A stretch of 64,000 nucleotides of DNA from an uncultured Alphaproteobacteria bacterium (GTDB lineage: Bacteria; Pseudomonadota; Alphaproteobacteria; Rhizobiales; Beijerinckiaceae), in contig CAVWBA010000021.1 of assembly GCA_963753135.1 (NCBI GenBank), forward strand, positions 12,166 through 76,165, read 5' to 3'. The notes below the pieces were generated by a model that worked only from the letters and a program-made list of their open reading frames with translations, made no database searches and was not told where the DNA came from. Position 1 is the first letter of the stretch, and each line of letters opens with the position of its first letter. The translations under genes and the position numbers were made by a program. Positions 32,930 through 43,203 of this stretch are shown piece by piece.

Positions 32930-33730
32930 ATGAGGGAACCATCCCCGACACGAACGCGCCCTTCGCGCGCGAACCCTCACTCTCCCGCTGGAGAGCGGGG
33001 ATCGCGTCCCAAAGTCGCCTTGTTCCGCGCGCGAGAAGACGCGAATGCGAGCGCGGTGCGGCTGCGCCGGTTTGGCTTCTCCGTCGTCCGCCTTCCGGTG
33101 ATCGAAATCCGGCCTTCGCCGGTTGAGCCCGAGCGGCTGCGCTATGACGCCGTCATCGCGAGCAGCGACAAAGCGTTCCTGAGCGCCCCGAGCCTCGATC
33201 AGCGTTCGGCGCTCTATGTTGTGGGCGCGCGCACCGGGCGCGCGGCTGAGGCCCGCGGCTGGAGTCTCGCGTCGCCGCCGGCGCGGGAAGCGGGCGAATT
33301 GATCGCGACGCTCATGGCCATGCTGAAGCCTCGGGCAAGCGTGCTCTACCTCGCGGGGCGTGACCGCAAGGCGGCTACCGAGGCGGCGCTTGCCGAAAGG
33401 TTCGAGCTGGAAGTCGTCGAAACCTATGCGGCGGAGGCGCGTGAGGCTTGGCGTCCGTCCGAAGCGCGGGCCCTCGCGTCCTGCGTCGCCGCCTTGCACT
33501 ATTCACGCCGGTCGGCGGCGCTCGCGGCGGCGCTCGCGAAGAGAGCGGGCGCGAACGACTGTTTCCTCAACCTCAAGCACGTCTGCCTTTCGCGCGACGT
33601 TGCAGAGCCATTACAAAAGCTTGGCGCGACCCGCATCGCGCTTGCCGAAACGCCCGACGAAGCGGGACTTTTTCGCACATTGCGCGAAGAGCTCGGCGGG
33701 TTTCCTTCCCTTGGGTCGTCCCGTATATAG
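32930..33730 (+). CDS. hemD: Uroporphyrinogen-III synthase (true start probably near 33001)
   Basis: VGARTGRAA, LYLAGRDR, VETY, HYSRRSA; directly upstream of COG4223-hemY. Confidence 0.88.
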   Translation: MREPSPTRTRPSRANPHSPAGERGSRPKVALFRAREDANASAVRLRRFGFSVVRLPVIEIRPSPVEPERLRYDAVIASSDKAFLSAPSLDQRSALYVVGARTGRAAEARGWSLASPPAREAGELIATLMAMLKPRASVLYLAGRDRKAATEAALAERFELEVVETYAAEAREAWRPSEARALASCVAALHYSRRSAALAAALAKRAGANDCFLNLKHVCLSRDVAEPLQKLGATRIALAETPDEAGLFRTLREELGGFPSLGSSRI

Positions 33731-33759
33731 GGCCCCGCGAAAACCGAGAGCGCGAGGCG

Positions 33760-35049
33760 ATGGTCGACGAGGAAATTGAGGACATTCCGGCTGGGCCGAC
33801 CGGCGCCCCGGTCAATCGTGATTCGCGGCGCGAGCCGGAGGTCATTGAAGGAGAAGTTGCAGCGCGCGAGATGGACGACAGCAAGTCGCCTCCGTACACG
33901 ACCGGAGCCGAAGCCAGCGCTGACCCTCCCCCTTCCGCCAAGCCCGCTCGAGGCGCTGGCGCTCGCGGGGTTCTCGGCGGGGCGGTCGCCGGGTTGATCG
34001 TCTCTGCATTGGCTCTCGGCGCCGGCTACACGCTTTTGGCCCCCAAGGCCGACCTATCGGACGTCCCGAATCGATTGAGCGCTCTCGAAACGCAGGCGCG
34101 GCAGACGAATGATGCGGTCGCCGCAGAGGCCAATCGTGAGAGCGCGGCGACCGGCGCCCTCGAAAAGCGGATCAGCGCGCTCGAGTCGGGCGCTGGAGCG
34201 TCAAAAACGGCGGATCTCGAGAAGAGAGTCTCAGCGTTGGAGGCCGCCAGCGCCGGAAATAGCGCCGCGAGCGAAGCGACCCAGCGTTTGGCCGCTCAGG
34301 CCAAGGATTTGCGCGCCGACCTCGATGCCGAGAAGGGCGAGCTTCCTGACTTGTCAGCGCGCGTCGCGAAACTCGAATCCGACGCGTCAAAGGCGAACAC
34401 GAACGTGTCCGGCGCCGATCTCGCCGCGCTCGCTGCCCGGGTCGATAAGGTTGAGGCGACTCTTCCCGGGCGGATCGACAAGATCGAGGCGGCGCTCGCC
34501 GCGCCCAAGCCTGAAACGCGGTCCCCCACCGATACCGACGCCGCGATCGCCGTCATCGCGGACGCCGCGAAAGATCGGCTCCGCGCGGGCGACCCCCTTG
34601 GTCCCGACCTTACGGCCTTGCAGCACCTTGGCGTCGACGCAGCGACGCTGGCGCCGCTGCAAGCGGTGGCCAATGGGGCGCCGACCAACAGCGCGCTGGC
34701 GGACTCGTTCAGCGCGGTTGCGCCGCACATATTGGCAGCGGCGGCCCCATCGGAGACCGGCAGTGTGACGGATCGTTTCCTCGCCCATCTCCACGACCTC
34801 GTGAAGGTGCGCGAACTCAACGAGACAGCCGGGAACGATCCCCAGGCTTTGGTCTCCCAGATCGAGGCGATGAGCCGGCGCGGCGATATCGCTGGCGCGC
34901 TCGCCGCTTTCGATAAGCTCCCCGAAGCGGCGCGCAAGGCGGCCGGCGATTGGCCGACGCTCGCCCGCGCGAGGCGGACGGCGGATGAGGCGCTTCAGTC
35001 TATCCGCGAGGCGGCGGTCGGGCGGCTCGCAAGCGGCCCAAAACCGTGA
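33760..35049 (+). CDS. COG4223 (mitofilin/HemX-like) membrane-anchored coiled-coil protein
   Basis: Pro-rich N-terminus, one TM, coiled coil, RGDIAGALAAFDKLPE tail; lies between hemD and hemY. Confidence 0.8.
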   Translation: MVDEEIEDIPAGPTGAPVNRDSRREPEVIEGEVAAREMDDSKSPPYTTGAEASADPPPSAKPARGAGARGVLGGAVAGLIVSALALGAGYTLLAPKADLSDVPNRLSALETQARQTNDAVAAEANRESAATGALEKRISALESGAGASKTADLEKRVSALEAASAGNSAASEATQRLAAQAKDLRADLDAEKGELPDLSARVAKLESDASKANTNVSGADLAALAARVDKVEATLPGRIDKIEAALAAPKPETRSPTDTDAAIAVIADAAKDRLRAGDPLGPDLTALQHLGVDAATLAPLQAVANGAPTNSALADSFSAVAPHILAAAAPSETGSVTDRFLAHLHDLVKVRELNETAGNDPQALVSQIEAMSRRGDIAGALAAFDKLPEAARKAAGDWPTLARARRTADEALQSIREAAVGRLASGPKP

Positions 35050-35110
35050 GGCCTCGGCCGGGCGTCCAGGCGTCTTTCGGCGCGCATTGGCGTTTTGAAG
35101 CGGGGTCAAG

Positions 35111-36655
35111 ATGATTCGCCTGCTGATTTTCCTGGCGGCGCTGGCGCTGGCCGCTTTGGGCCTGACGTGGCTTGCGAACAATCCGGGCGTCGTGGACGTC
35201 ACCTGGCGGGGCGAGCAGTACGAGGTCTCGTTGATGTTCGGGCTCGCCGCGGTCCTGGCGCTGGCGGTTGCGATCGCGATCGTGTGGGCGGTGCTGCGCT
35301 TCGTCTTCCGCATCCCTTCGCTGGTTTCGGTCGGCGCGCAGGCGCGCAGGCGTGAGAAGGGGTTCCAGGCTTTGTCGCGCGGCATGCTCGCCGTCGGCGC
35401 GGGCGACGCGCGAGCCGCCGCCAAATATGCGTCGGACGCGGGGCGGCTAATCGGGCGCGAGCCGATGACCAAACTCCTGCAAGCGCAATCGGCGCAGCTT
35501 GCGGGCGACCGCGCCAGAGCCGTCGCGGCCTATAACGCCATGCTCGATCATCACGAGACCCAGGGCATCGGCCTGCGCGGCCTGCATGTCGAGGCGCGGC
35601 GCGCCGGCGATCATGCGGCGGCGCTGCAATACGCGATGCGCGCCAACGCGCGCACTCCCGCGGCCTGGGCCGGTCAGGCGGTTCTCGACGACCGCACGCG
35701 GCGCGGGGACTGGGCCGGCGCGCTCGCGACCGTCGACTCGAACGCCGCCGCCCGGCTCATCGACAAGCCGACCGCGAACCGCTGGCGCGCGGTGATCAAG
35801 ACAGCGATGGCCGAGGCGGCGATGGAGCGTGATCCCAAGGCCGCGCTCGTCATGGCGCAGGAGGCTTGCAAGCTCGCGCCGACGCTTGTGCCCGCGGCGG
35901 CGATCAGCGGCCGGCTCACCGCGCAGACGGGCGATTATCGCCGCGCGAGCCGCATGCTCGAGGCGGCTTACGCGCAAACGCCCCATCCCGACCTCGCAAT
36001 GGCCTATCTGCGTGTCCGTCACGGCAATTCGTCGGAGGACCGGCTGACGCGAGCCCGGACGCTCGCGCGCACGGCGCCCAACGATCCCGAATCGCTCCTC
36101 ACTGTGGGGCGCGCGGCGCTTGAGGCGCACGAATTGTCCGCCGCGCGCGCGGCGATCGCACCTCTCATCGCCTCGGACTCGCCGCACGGCCGCCCGACCC
36201 GACGCGTCTGCTTGCTGATGGCGGACATCGAGGAGGCTGAGGGCAATCACGGCGCGGTGCGCGAGTGGCTTGGCCGCGCGGCGCGCGCCCCGCGCGACAA
36301 GGCCTGGGTGGCGGACGGGGTCATCAGCGACCGTTGGGCGCCGGTTTCGCCGTCGGGAACGCTCGACGGCTTCGTCTGGCGCACGCCTGACGAGCGCCTC
36401 GCCGCGCCGGCGGAGAGCCCGCCGGCACCGATGCCGCCTGCTGAAGCGATCGCCGCGCCTGTGCCCGCGGTCACGGCCGCGCCCGAGGCGATCGCGCCGC
36501 CTGCGCCACGCTCGGAGCCTGCGCCCGCGCCAACCGTCGTTCCCCCGGTGCGGTCGGGCGTCATCATCGATCCCGTATCGATGGCGCCTGACGACCCAGG
36601 CCCTCAGGAGCAGGAATCAAAACCGCGCCGCTCCTGGCTCTACGCCAACGAATGA
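35111..36655 (+). CDS. hemY: Heme biosynthesis-associated HemY TPR protein
   Basis: MIRLLIFL, ALSRGMLAVGAGD, TPR-like repeats, RAPRDKAWVADG. Confidence 0.9.
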   Translation: MIRLLIFLAALALAALGLTWLANNPGVVDVTWRGEQYEVSLMFGLAAVLALAVAIAIVWAVLRFVFRIPSLVSVGAQARRREKGFQALSRGMLAVGAGDARAAAKYASDAGRLIGREPMTKLLQAQSAQLAGDRARAVAAYNAMLDHHETQGIGLRGLHVEARRAGDHAAALQYAMRANARTPAAWAGQAVLDDRTRRGDWAGALATVDSNAAARLIDKPTANRWRAVIKTAMAEAAMERDPKAALVMAQEACKLAPTLVPAAAISGRLTAQTGDYRRASRMLEAAYAQTPHPDLAMAYLRVRHGNSSEDRLTRARTLARTAPNDPESLLTVGRAALEAHELSAARAAIAPLIASDSPHGRPTRRVCLLMADIEEAEGNHGAVREWLGRAARAPRDKAWVADGVISDRWAPVSPSGTLDGFVWRTPDERLAAPAESPPAPMPPAEAIAAPVPAVTAAPEAIAPPAPRSEPAPAPTVVPPVRSGVIIDPVSMAPDDPGPQEQESKPRRSWLYANE

Positions 36656-36665
36656 GATCGGCCGG

Positions 36666-37912
36666 GTGGATGAATTTCGCGATCTGAAGCCAGTCCTGAC
36701 CTCGGTCGTCATCGTCGGCGCCGGGCACGCCGGGGTTCAGGCCGCGGCGTCCTTACGTGAACAAGGGTTTCAAGGCGAAGTTGTTCTTCTCTCCGCCGAG
36801 AAGGATTTGCCCTATCAGCGTCCGCCGCTCTCCAAGGCCTTTCTCAAAGGTGAGATGGACATCCATGGGCTCCCGCTCAGGGCCCATGCGCATTTCCGCG
36901 AGCAGCGCATCGACTTGAGGCTCGGCGTCAGCGCGACGCGGATCGACCGCGCTCAGCAAGAGGTCGAGCTCAGCGACGGCGGCCGCGTCGGTTACGGACA
37001 TCTCATTCTCGCGACTGGCGCGAGACAACGGCGGCTCGACGCGCCCGGCGTCGATCTGCCCGGCGTCTTCGCGCTCCGCGACATTGCGGATGCGACCGCG
37101 ATCCGCGCGCGCCTGGAGGCGAAGCCCAAGGTTGTCATTATCGGCGCCGGATTCATCGGCCTCGAGATCGCCGCGACCGCCGCGAGCCTCGGGGCCGAGG
37201 CGACCGTTGTCGAGATCGCGCGCCCGATGGGCCGGGCGGTCTCGCCGATCCTGTCGGATTTTTTCTTAAAAGAGCACGCGGCGTTTGGGGCGCGCTTCAA
37301 GCTTGGCGTCGGCGTCGCGGCGATCAAGGGGCGCGAGCACGCGGAAACCGTCATTCTCACCGACGGCGAGGCGTTGAGCGCCGACATGGTCGTCGTCGGG
37401 ATCGGCGTCGTTGCGGAGGACGCGCTGGCGCGGGATTGCGGCCTCGAATGCGACAATGGAATCGTGGTCGACGAGTTTCTGCTCACTTCCGAACTCCACG
37501 ATCTCGGCGATCGGCGATTGCACCGCCTTTCCGCATGCGGCGCTTGGGCTCAGAACAAGGCTCGAATCGGTGCAGAACGCCGTCGACCAGGGGCGCTCGG
37601 TCGCCACGCGTCTCGTAGGCAAGCCAAAACCATACAATGAGCTCGCCTGGTTCTGGAGCGACCAGGGCGACTTGAAACTGATGATCGCCGGCCTCGCCCA
37701 TGGCGTCGATGAGTGGGTGGTGCGCGGCGATCCCGCGACGCGGGCCTTCTCGACCTTCGGCTTCCGCGACGGCAAGCTCGTCGGTGGTCGAATCGGTGAA
37801 CCGCGCCGGCGACCACGCCGCCGCCAAGCGCATCATCGGCACGACGAAAACGCTGACGCCGGAAGAAGCGGCCGATCTGGGGTTCGACTTGCGGGGCCTG
37901 GCGAAGCGGTAG
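36666..37912 (+). CDS. FAD-dependent ferredoxin reductase (two +1 frameshifts, ~37492 and ~37787)
   Basis: IVGAGHAG, YQRPPLSK, LILATG, IGAGFIGLE, RLESVQNA, WFWSDQ. Confidence 0.9.
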
Positions 37913-38233
37913 GGGGCGGCGACGCGAGCGGTGCGTCGGGGGCTTTGGCTCTTGAAAGTCGTCGTGAAGAACGCGCTCTGAGGTTTGAACAAGGTCACGC
38001 TGCTCAGCGATCAGCTTTAAATCCTACGACAGCAGGGAGCCTCATTGCCATCGATCCGGGCGGGACGCCATCGCGTTTCGCCTCCTGGCCGGGGCCATGC
38101 CGATTCATGCAGCCTATCTCCGGCACGATTGCCCTAGCCTACACGTGGAAGGGGGCCTGCCCAAGGCGACCCCCTATCCTAGACTATCACGGTGATAGTG
38201 CGCAATCAGAAGCGACCTCTAGCGGATGGTCCC

Positions 38234-38473
38234 TTACAGGAAATAGTAGACATCCACGGTCCCGTTAGGGCCGTTGGTAAATGAAGCTTCGCCAGCACCC
38301 TGCGGAGGCGGAGCATTGATGAAAGAGATCGCCGCCGCAGCATTCGCTACATTGATATGATGCCACGTTTTCACGTGGACTAAGAGTGGCGCACCAGATG
38401 TTACAATTGACCGAGCTGCCGGTTCGAGAATCGAACGCTTGACGTCAGCCGCGTGTGTCGGAGTGTGTGCCAA
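38234..38473 (-). CDS. Unknown 79-aa protein
   Basis: AAGGAG RBS at 38480-38485, 6 nt upstream of the start; AT-rich upstream region. Confidence 0.65.
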   Translation of the reverse strand: MAHTPTHAADVKRSILEPAARSIVTSGAPLLVHVKTWHHINVANAAAAISFINAPPPQGAGEASFTNGPNGTVDVYYFL

Positions 38474-38586
38474 TGTTTTCTCCTTTTACATTCCAAGCAT
38501 AATTGCAGTAATTAACGATTATTTATTAGGTCCCACTTGGGGGGATAACTGTTACACCGCAGTGTACCAAACAGCAATGGGGAGAA

Positions 38587-39744
38587 CTACCTACTGGCTC
38601 GAGACTCAACATCATTCATCGGCCTCAAGAAAAAGCGCACCATCACGCGCGAGGCGTCGAGGCCGACATTTTGCGTGTAGCTGCCGCGCGGGTCGCCGCC
38701 GAACCAGGCGTGGGCGCCGCCTTCGACCAGCCATTGCTCGGCGGCGGGGCACCCGTCGGCTTCTTTCAGCACGATCCGGCTCACGCGGCCGCCTTCGATC
38801 GGCCAGTCGAGGTCGCTTCGCGTGAGCGAGGCTTCGCTGCGTTCGACCTCGTCAAGAATGCGTTCGCCGTTGACGGGATTGACCGTTCCATCGGCCAGCC
38901 CATGAAAGATGATCTTACGGCTACGTCGATCGCTCGGGGCGAGAGGCGCGGGATCGAAGGCCGCCGTTCCCTTCATTGCGGCGAAGGCGGAGGGCACGTC
39001 GCCGGCTGACTTATAGGGGAGGCCGGAGTGGATCCCGACCGCGTCGAACACGTCCGGATAGGCCGAGGCCAGAATCTCCGCCATCGCGCCGCCCGCCGAT
39101 AGGCCTGCGGCGAAAACGCGCTCCCTTCGGACGTCGAACTCCTTCGCCAAGGCTTGCGCGAGACCCGCCAGTTTGGCTGGTTCGCCCGAGCCGCGGTTCT
39201 GATGGCGCCGGTCGAACCAGTTCCAGCAGCCATTGGGATTGGCGCGGCGCGGCTGGTGCGGATAGGCGACGATGAGGCCGAACTCCTCCGCAAGCTCGTT
39301 CATCCTCGTGCCAAGCGCGAAATCTTCCGGGTCCTGCGCGCAACCATGCAGCATGAGCACGAGCGCCAGCTCTTGGCCCTCGTGATCGGCCGGGATGTAG
39401 AGCCGATAGTCGAGGGAGCCCGCCGGGCCGCGATAGGCGCGCCTCAGGAACCGTTCGCCGAGATCCGGCGCCGGCGTTGGTTCGGGCGCTTCTGGAGCGC
39501 TGGGCGGGATGATCGGCCGGACGCGCAGGGCGCGCAAGGTTTCGCCCAACGGTCGCCGCGCCGCGGGCGCATAAGCGGAAGCCCGCCGCTGCTCCTGCTG
39601 CGGCGCAACCTTGAGATCGCTTTCGGCGCCTCTCGCCGTCCCGCCCGAGAGCGCGTCACGGAGCAGAGCGGTCGCCCCGGCGAGGTTGGACTTTCGCACG
39701 AGGCTGAGAGCGTCGCCCACGGCGTCAAGCAAGCTCGGTTTCAT
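38587..39744 (-). CDS. PHB depolymerase family (LpqC-like) esterase
   Basis: MLHGCAQ, ANPNGCWNWF, AGLSAGG, IFHGLAD, HAWFGG. Confidence 0.9.
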   Translation of the reverse strand: MKPSLLDAVGDALSLVRKSNLAGATALLRDALSGGTARGAESDLKVAPQQEQRRASAYAPAARRPLGETLRALRVRPIIPPSAPEAPEPTPAPDLGERFLRRAYRGPAGSLDYRLYIPADHEGQELALVLMLHGCAQDPEDFALGTRMNELAEEFGLIVAYPHQPRRANPNGCWNWFDRRHQNRGSGEPAKLAGLAQALAKEFDVRRERVFAAGLSAGGAMAEILASAYPDVFDAVGIHSGLPYKSAGDVPSAFAAMKGTAAFDPAPLAPSDRRSRKIIFHGLADGTVNPVNGERILDEVERSEASLTRSDLDWPIEGGRVSRIVLKEADGCPAAEQWLVEGGAHAWFGGDPRGSYTQNVGLDASRVMVRFFLRPMNDVESRASR

Positions 39745-39758
39745 GGATTATGCTCCGG

Positions 39759-40172
39759 TCAGCGCAGGCGGTCGGCGAGCGCGGCTTTGACCTCCGCCGG
39801 CGCGTGCAGCGCGCCGAGCACGGTCAGCGATTCGATGGTCGCGCGGGCGAGATCGGGCGTGACGTCGTCGGCGATGACCGCGAGGCCCAGCACACGAATC
39901 TTCAACCGTTCGCCCGCCGCCTGAACGGCTTCCAGGTCCTGCCTGGCAAAGGTCCGCAAGCCCAATTCAAGGGTGAGGCGCGAAGCCGCCTGCTTCGCCG
40001 TATCGGCATGGGTCGCAAGCTGGTTGCGGATCGCCGTGCGGATGAAATCCGAGCGATTGGAATAGAAGCCGTCGCGCACCAGAAGATCGATCGATCCGAG
40101 ATCGACAAAGCCAAGATTGATAGTCAGCTTCTCGCTATCGGGCGGCTTGGCCAGGAGGGAACGTCCAGACAA
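39759..40172 (-). CDS. CopG/RHH family transcriptional regulator
   Basis: KLTINLGFVDLGSIDLLVRDGFYSNRSDFIRTAIRNQL; upstream of the esterase. Confidence 0.85.
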   Translation of the reverse strand: MSGRSLLAKPPDSEKLTINLGFVDLGSIDLLVRDGFYSNRSDFIRTAIRNQLATHADTAKQAASRLTLELGLRTFARQDLEAVQAAGERLKIRVLGLAVIADDVTPDLARATIESLTVLGALHAPAEVKAALADRLR

Positions 40173-40499
40173 GCTTACCCCTCCATTCAGATATTGTGTG
40201 GATGGTATATGGATGGTGGTCCACTGGCTGTCAAGGCTGCCCGACGGCCTTGCGCCCGGACTTGATCCCGGATTGTCCTGTCCGTCAGGACGCGCGGCTT
40301 GCTAAAGCGTGGTCTCTCTTTCCAGAATCATAATCGAGGCAGGAGGTCATTTTGAGGGCGCAAACCGCGTAAGAAGTCTCATCCGCCGCTCGGCGCTTCG
40401 GGATTATTATGAGATTCCGGCCCAAGCCGCCATAATCGCTTTCTTCGCCTCTAGCATTCGGAGAGCGGCCGCTACGATGACGGTGGGATGGTGGGCGTG

Positions 40500-41279
40500 A
40501 TGACATCGAAGTGCAGAATTGTGGCGCTTGCGGCTATCGGGTTGGTCTTGGGCTTTGCCGCGAAGGCGGCGGATCGGACCGTGCGCCTGCAGAACCCGCC
40601 GCCGGTCAGAAAGGAAGCCGCCGCAATGCCGCTGATCGCCGATCCGTCGGACGACGCGGAGCGTCGGATCAACGCCGCCTTGAAACGTCTCGACGCGAGC
40701 CTGCGCAAAGCAATCGCCGGCTGCAAGGGCAGCGACGGCGCTCCGGGCGACTGGGAGCGCAAAGTCGAGCCGACGATGCGCGGACCCGGCTATCTCAGCT
40801 TCGTCATTAAGGATATGTCGTTCTGTGGAGGCCCCTACCCGCCAAGCGGGACGATGTCGATCGTCTATGATCTGCGTACAGGATATCCGGTGGACTGGAC
40901 TCACCTGCTGCCGCCTTCGCTGACCGGTAAAGTCTCCTTGAATCCGGGTATGGACGGGACAAAAATGGTGACGCTCGCCTCCCATCGGCTCTTCTCGCTG
41001 TACCTGGGTGGATACGATGCGGCGAGCCGAATGCCCGGAACGGATATTGCGGCGGAAGACCTGGCCAATTGCAAGGAGGCGGTGCAAGAGACGCCCGATC
41101 CGCCAATGATGGTCTGGCTCGACGCTAAGGCAGACGGCCTCGCCGTGCAATTTGATCTGCCGCACGTCGTGCAGGCCTGCGCCGTGCCTGTGGTGATCCC
41201 CGTCGCCACCCTGCGCGAGGACGGCGCTAATTCCGGCCTGCTCGCCGCGATCGAAGCGGCGCACAAGGAGGGAATGTGA
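40500..41279 (+). CDS. Secreted hypothetical protein with six Cys in the mature part
   Basis: Signal peptide ...GFAAKAA; FCGGPYP, VYDLRTG. Confidence 0.7.
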   Translation: MTSKCRIVALAAIGLVLGFAAKAADRTVRLQNPPPVRKEAAAMPLIADPSDDAERRINAALKRLDASLRKAIAGCKGSDGAPGDWERKVEPTMRGPGYLSFVIKDMSFCGGPYPPSGTMSIVYDLRTGYPVDWTHLLPPSLTGKVSLNPGMDGTKMVTLASHRLFSLYLGGYDAASRMPGTDIAAEDLANCKEAVQETPDPPMMVWLDAKADGLAVQFDLPHVVQACAVPVVIPVATLREDGANSGLLAAIEAAHKEGM

Positions 41280-41478
41280 ATGTGGGGCGTCAGCCGCCCG
41301 ACGTCCCAGCTCCAAAGTCAATCAGGGTATTGAGCGGATGATGACCCCGCTGGTTTCCAGGCCCCGCCGAGCATTGAAGGAACGCCGCCCTCGCTGGCGG
41401 ACGAGACTCGGAAATGGCGCCGCAAACGCTTGAATAGATTGAATCCGGATTCGGAACGGGCAGGGGCCTAGCAAGCCG

Positions 41479-42651
41479 TCACGGCTTCACCCACTTGCCG
41501 TTGGCCTTCGACGACTTGACCGCCGCCTCGACAAACGCCAAGCCCTTGACCCCGTCATCGATCGTCGGGAAATGAGCGGACTTGAGCGGCTTCTTGCCCA
41601 CTCGCGCAGCTTTGATGGCGAGCGCGACTTCCGAATAGATGTTGGCGAAGCCCTCGAGATAGCCTTCCGGATGGCCAGGCGGAACGCGCGTCACCCGCGC
41701 CGCCGCCACCCCGGAATCCGGCCCGCCGCGGGTCACGATACGGGTCGATTGTCCGAGCGGCGACCAGAAGAGAGTGTTCGGATTGTCCTGCCTCCAATGG
41801 AAGCCGCCCTTCGTCCCGTAGACGCGCAGCATGAGCCCGTTCTCGTTGCCCGGCGCCACCTGGCTCGCCCAGATCGCGCCGCGCGCGCCATTGGCGTAGC
41901 GCAACATGATCTGCGCATTGTCGTCGAGCTTGCGCCCGGCGCCGAACGACGTGAGGTCGGCCGCGAGCTCGGCGAGCTCGAGCCCAGTCACGTAGTCGGC
42001 AAGGTTATAGGCATGCGTGCCGATGTCGCCGAGCGACCCGCCCGCGCCGGAGCGTTTCGGATCGACGCGCCATTCGGCCTGCTTGTTGCCGGTGGTCTCG
42101 GTCGCGCCCGTCAGCCAGTCCTGCGGATATTCGGCGTGAACGAGGCGGATCTCGCCGAGTTCGCCGGCGCGGACCATCTCGCGCATGCGGCGGACCAGCG
42201 GATAGCCGGTGTAATTGTGGGTCAGCGCGAATACGAGGCCCGACTTCTCGACCGCATCGCGCATCTTTTTCGCTTCCGTTAGGCTCACCGTCAGCGGCTT
42301 GTCGCAGATGACATGGACGCCGGCCTTGAGGAACGCATAGGTCGGCCCGGCGTGGACGTTATTCGGCGTGACGATGGCGACCGCCTCGATCCCGTCGGCC
42401 CGCTTGGCCTCGGCCTTCGCCATGCTCGCGTAGTCGTCGTAGATGCGGTCGGCGGTGAGACCGAGCGCCTGGCCCGAGCGCCGCGACTTCTCCGGCGTCG
42501 ACGACAAGGCGCCGGCGACGAGCTCGTAGTGATCGTCGATGCGCGACGCGATGCGGTGAACCGCGCCGATAAAGGCCCCTTCGCCGCCGCCGACCATACC
42601 AAGTCTGATCCTGCCGCCCTTGTTGGCGTCGCTGCGTCCCTCGATGGCCAT
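41479..42651 (-). CDS. Gfo/Idh/MocA family oxidoreductase
   Basis: LGMVGGGEGAFIGAVH, VICDKP, GDIGTHA. Confidence 0.93.
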   Translation of the reverse strand: MAIEGRSDANKGGRIRLGMVGGGEGAFIGAVHRIASRIDDHYELVAGALSSTPEKSRRSGQALGLTADRIYDDYASMAKAEAKRADGIEAVAIVTPNNVHAGPTYAFLKAGVHVICDKPLTVSLTEAKKMRDAVEKSGLVFALTHNYTGYPLVRRMREMVRAGELGEIRLVHAEYPQDWLTGATETTGNKQAEWRVDPKRSGAGGSLGDIGTHAYNLADYVTGLELAELAADLTSFGAGRKLDDNAQIMLRYANGARGAIWASQVAPGNENGLMLRVYGTKGGFHWRQDNPNTLFWSPLGQSTRIVTRGGPDSGVAAARVTRVPPGHPEGYLEGFANIYSEVALAIKAARVGKKPLKSAHFPTIDDGVKGLAFVEAAVKSSKANGKWVKP

Positions 42652-42738
42652 TTCTCGCGTCTTCCTCCCTGGCGCGAGCCATGAAGCTCGCGCTCAATTT
42701 GCTTTCGAATTGGCTTTGCCGTCTCGGCGCCGGCGCCG

Positions 42739-42852
42739 TCAGTCGAAACCGGAGAGCGCGTCGCGGCCGATCACGTCGCAGCCGAAGCGCCAGAGGTCGC
42801 TGTCGGGCGGGGGAGTCAGATAAAGCGCGTAGCGGAAGTCGTTTGCGGACAT
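42739..42852 (-). pseudogene. N-terminal remnant of a DUF1045 (phosphonate-cluster) gene
   Basis: MSANDFRYALYLTPPPDSDLWRFGCDVIGRDALSGFD* resembles the RYAIYxxP...LWRFG...GRDA start of DUF1045. Confidence 0.6.
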
Positions 42853-43203
42853 GGCCAACCCCGAGGATATGCTCGCACAGTCCCGACGCCTCGGGCAATG
42901 GCCCTTCCCTTTGAGCTTGAGCCCGATTTGGCGGACGAGCGATTGGGCCTCCGGCGCGCTTACAGAACAGTAACCGGACGGTTGTAAACATATCCGGTCC
43001 GAATGAGTTGGACCTGTCCGCCGCGTCGTCGCGCTGAAGCGCGATCCGCGCCCGCCATGATGGCCGCCTAAGCACGTCCATCAGGGGTCGGCCAGAATGC
43101 GTCATGCAGCACATAGATCTACCCATTGGGCGGGTTCGCCATCGCTCGCGAGGCCCTCGCCCCGCCATTTGAGCCCTCTCACCTCAATGACATCGGCACG
43201 ATC

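Noticed and set aside
32930-33000. N-terminal extension of HemD
   Set aside because: It overlaps a degenerate REP-like sequence; a GGAG-preceded ATcG at 33001 is the likelier start
40325-40417. Imperfect inverted repeats gaatcataatc / attatgagattc as a MITE
   Set aside because: Short, gapped, no target duplication, single occurrence
41441-41452. Perfect 12-bp palindrome GAATCCGGATTC
   Set aside because: Lies between convergent gene ends with no promoter context; could be chance
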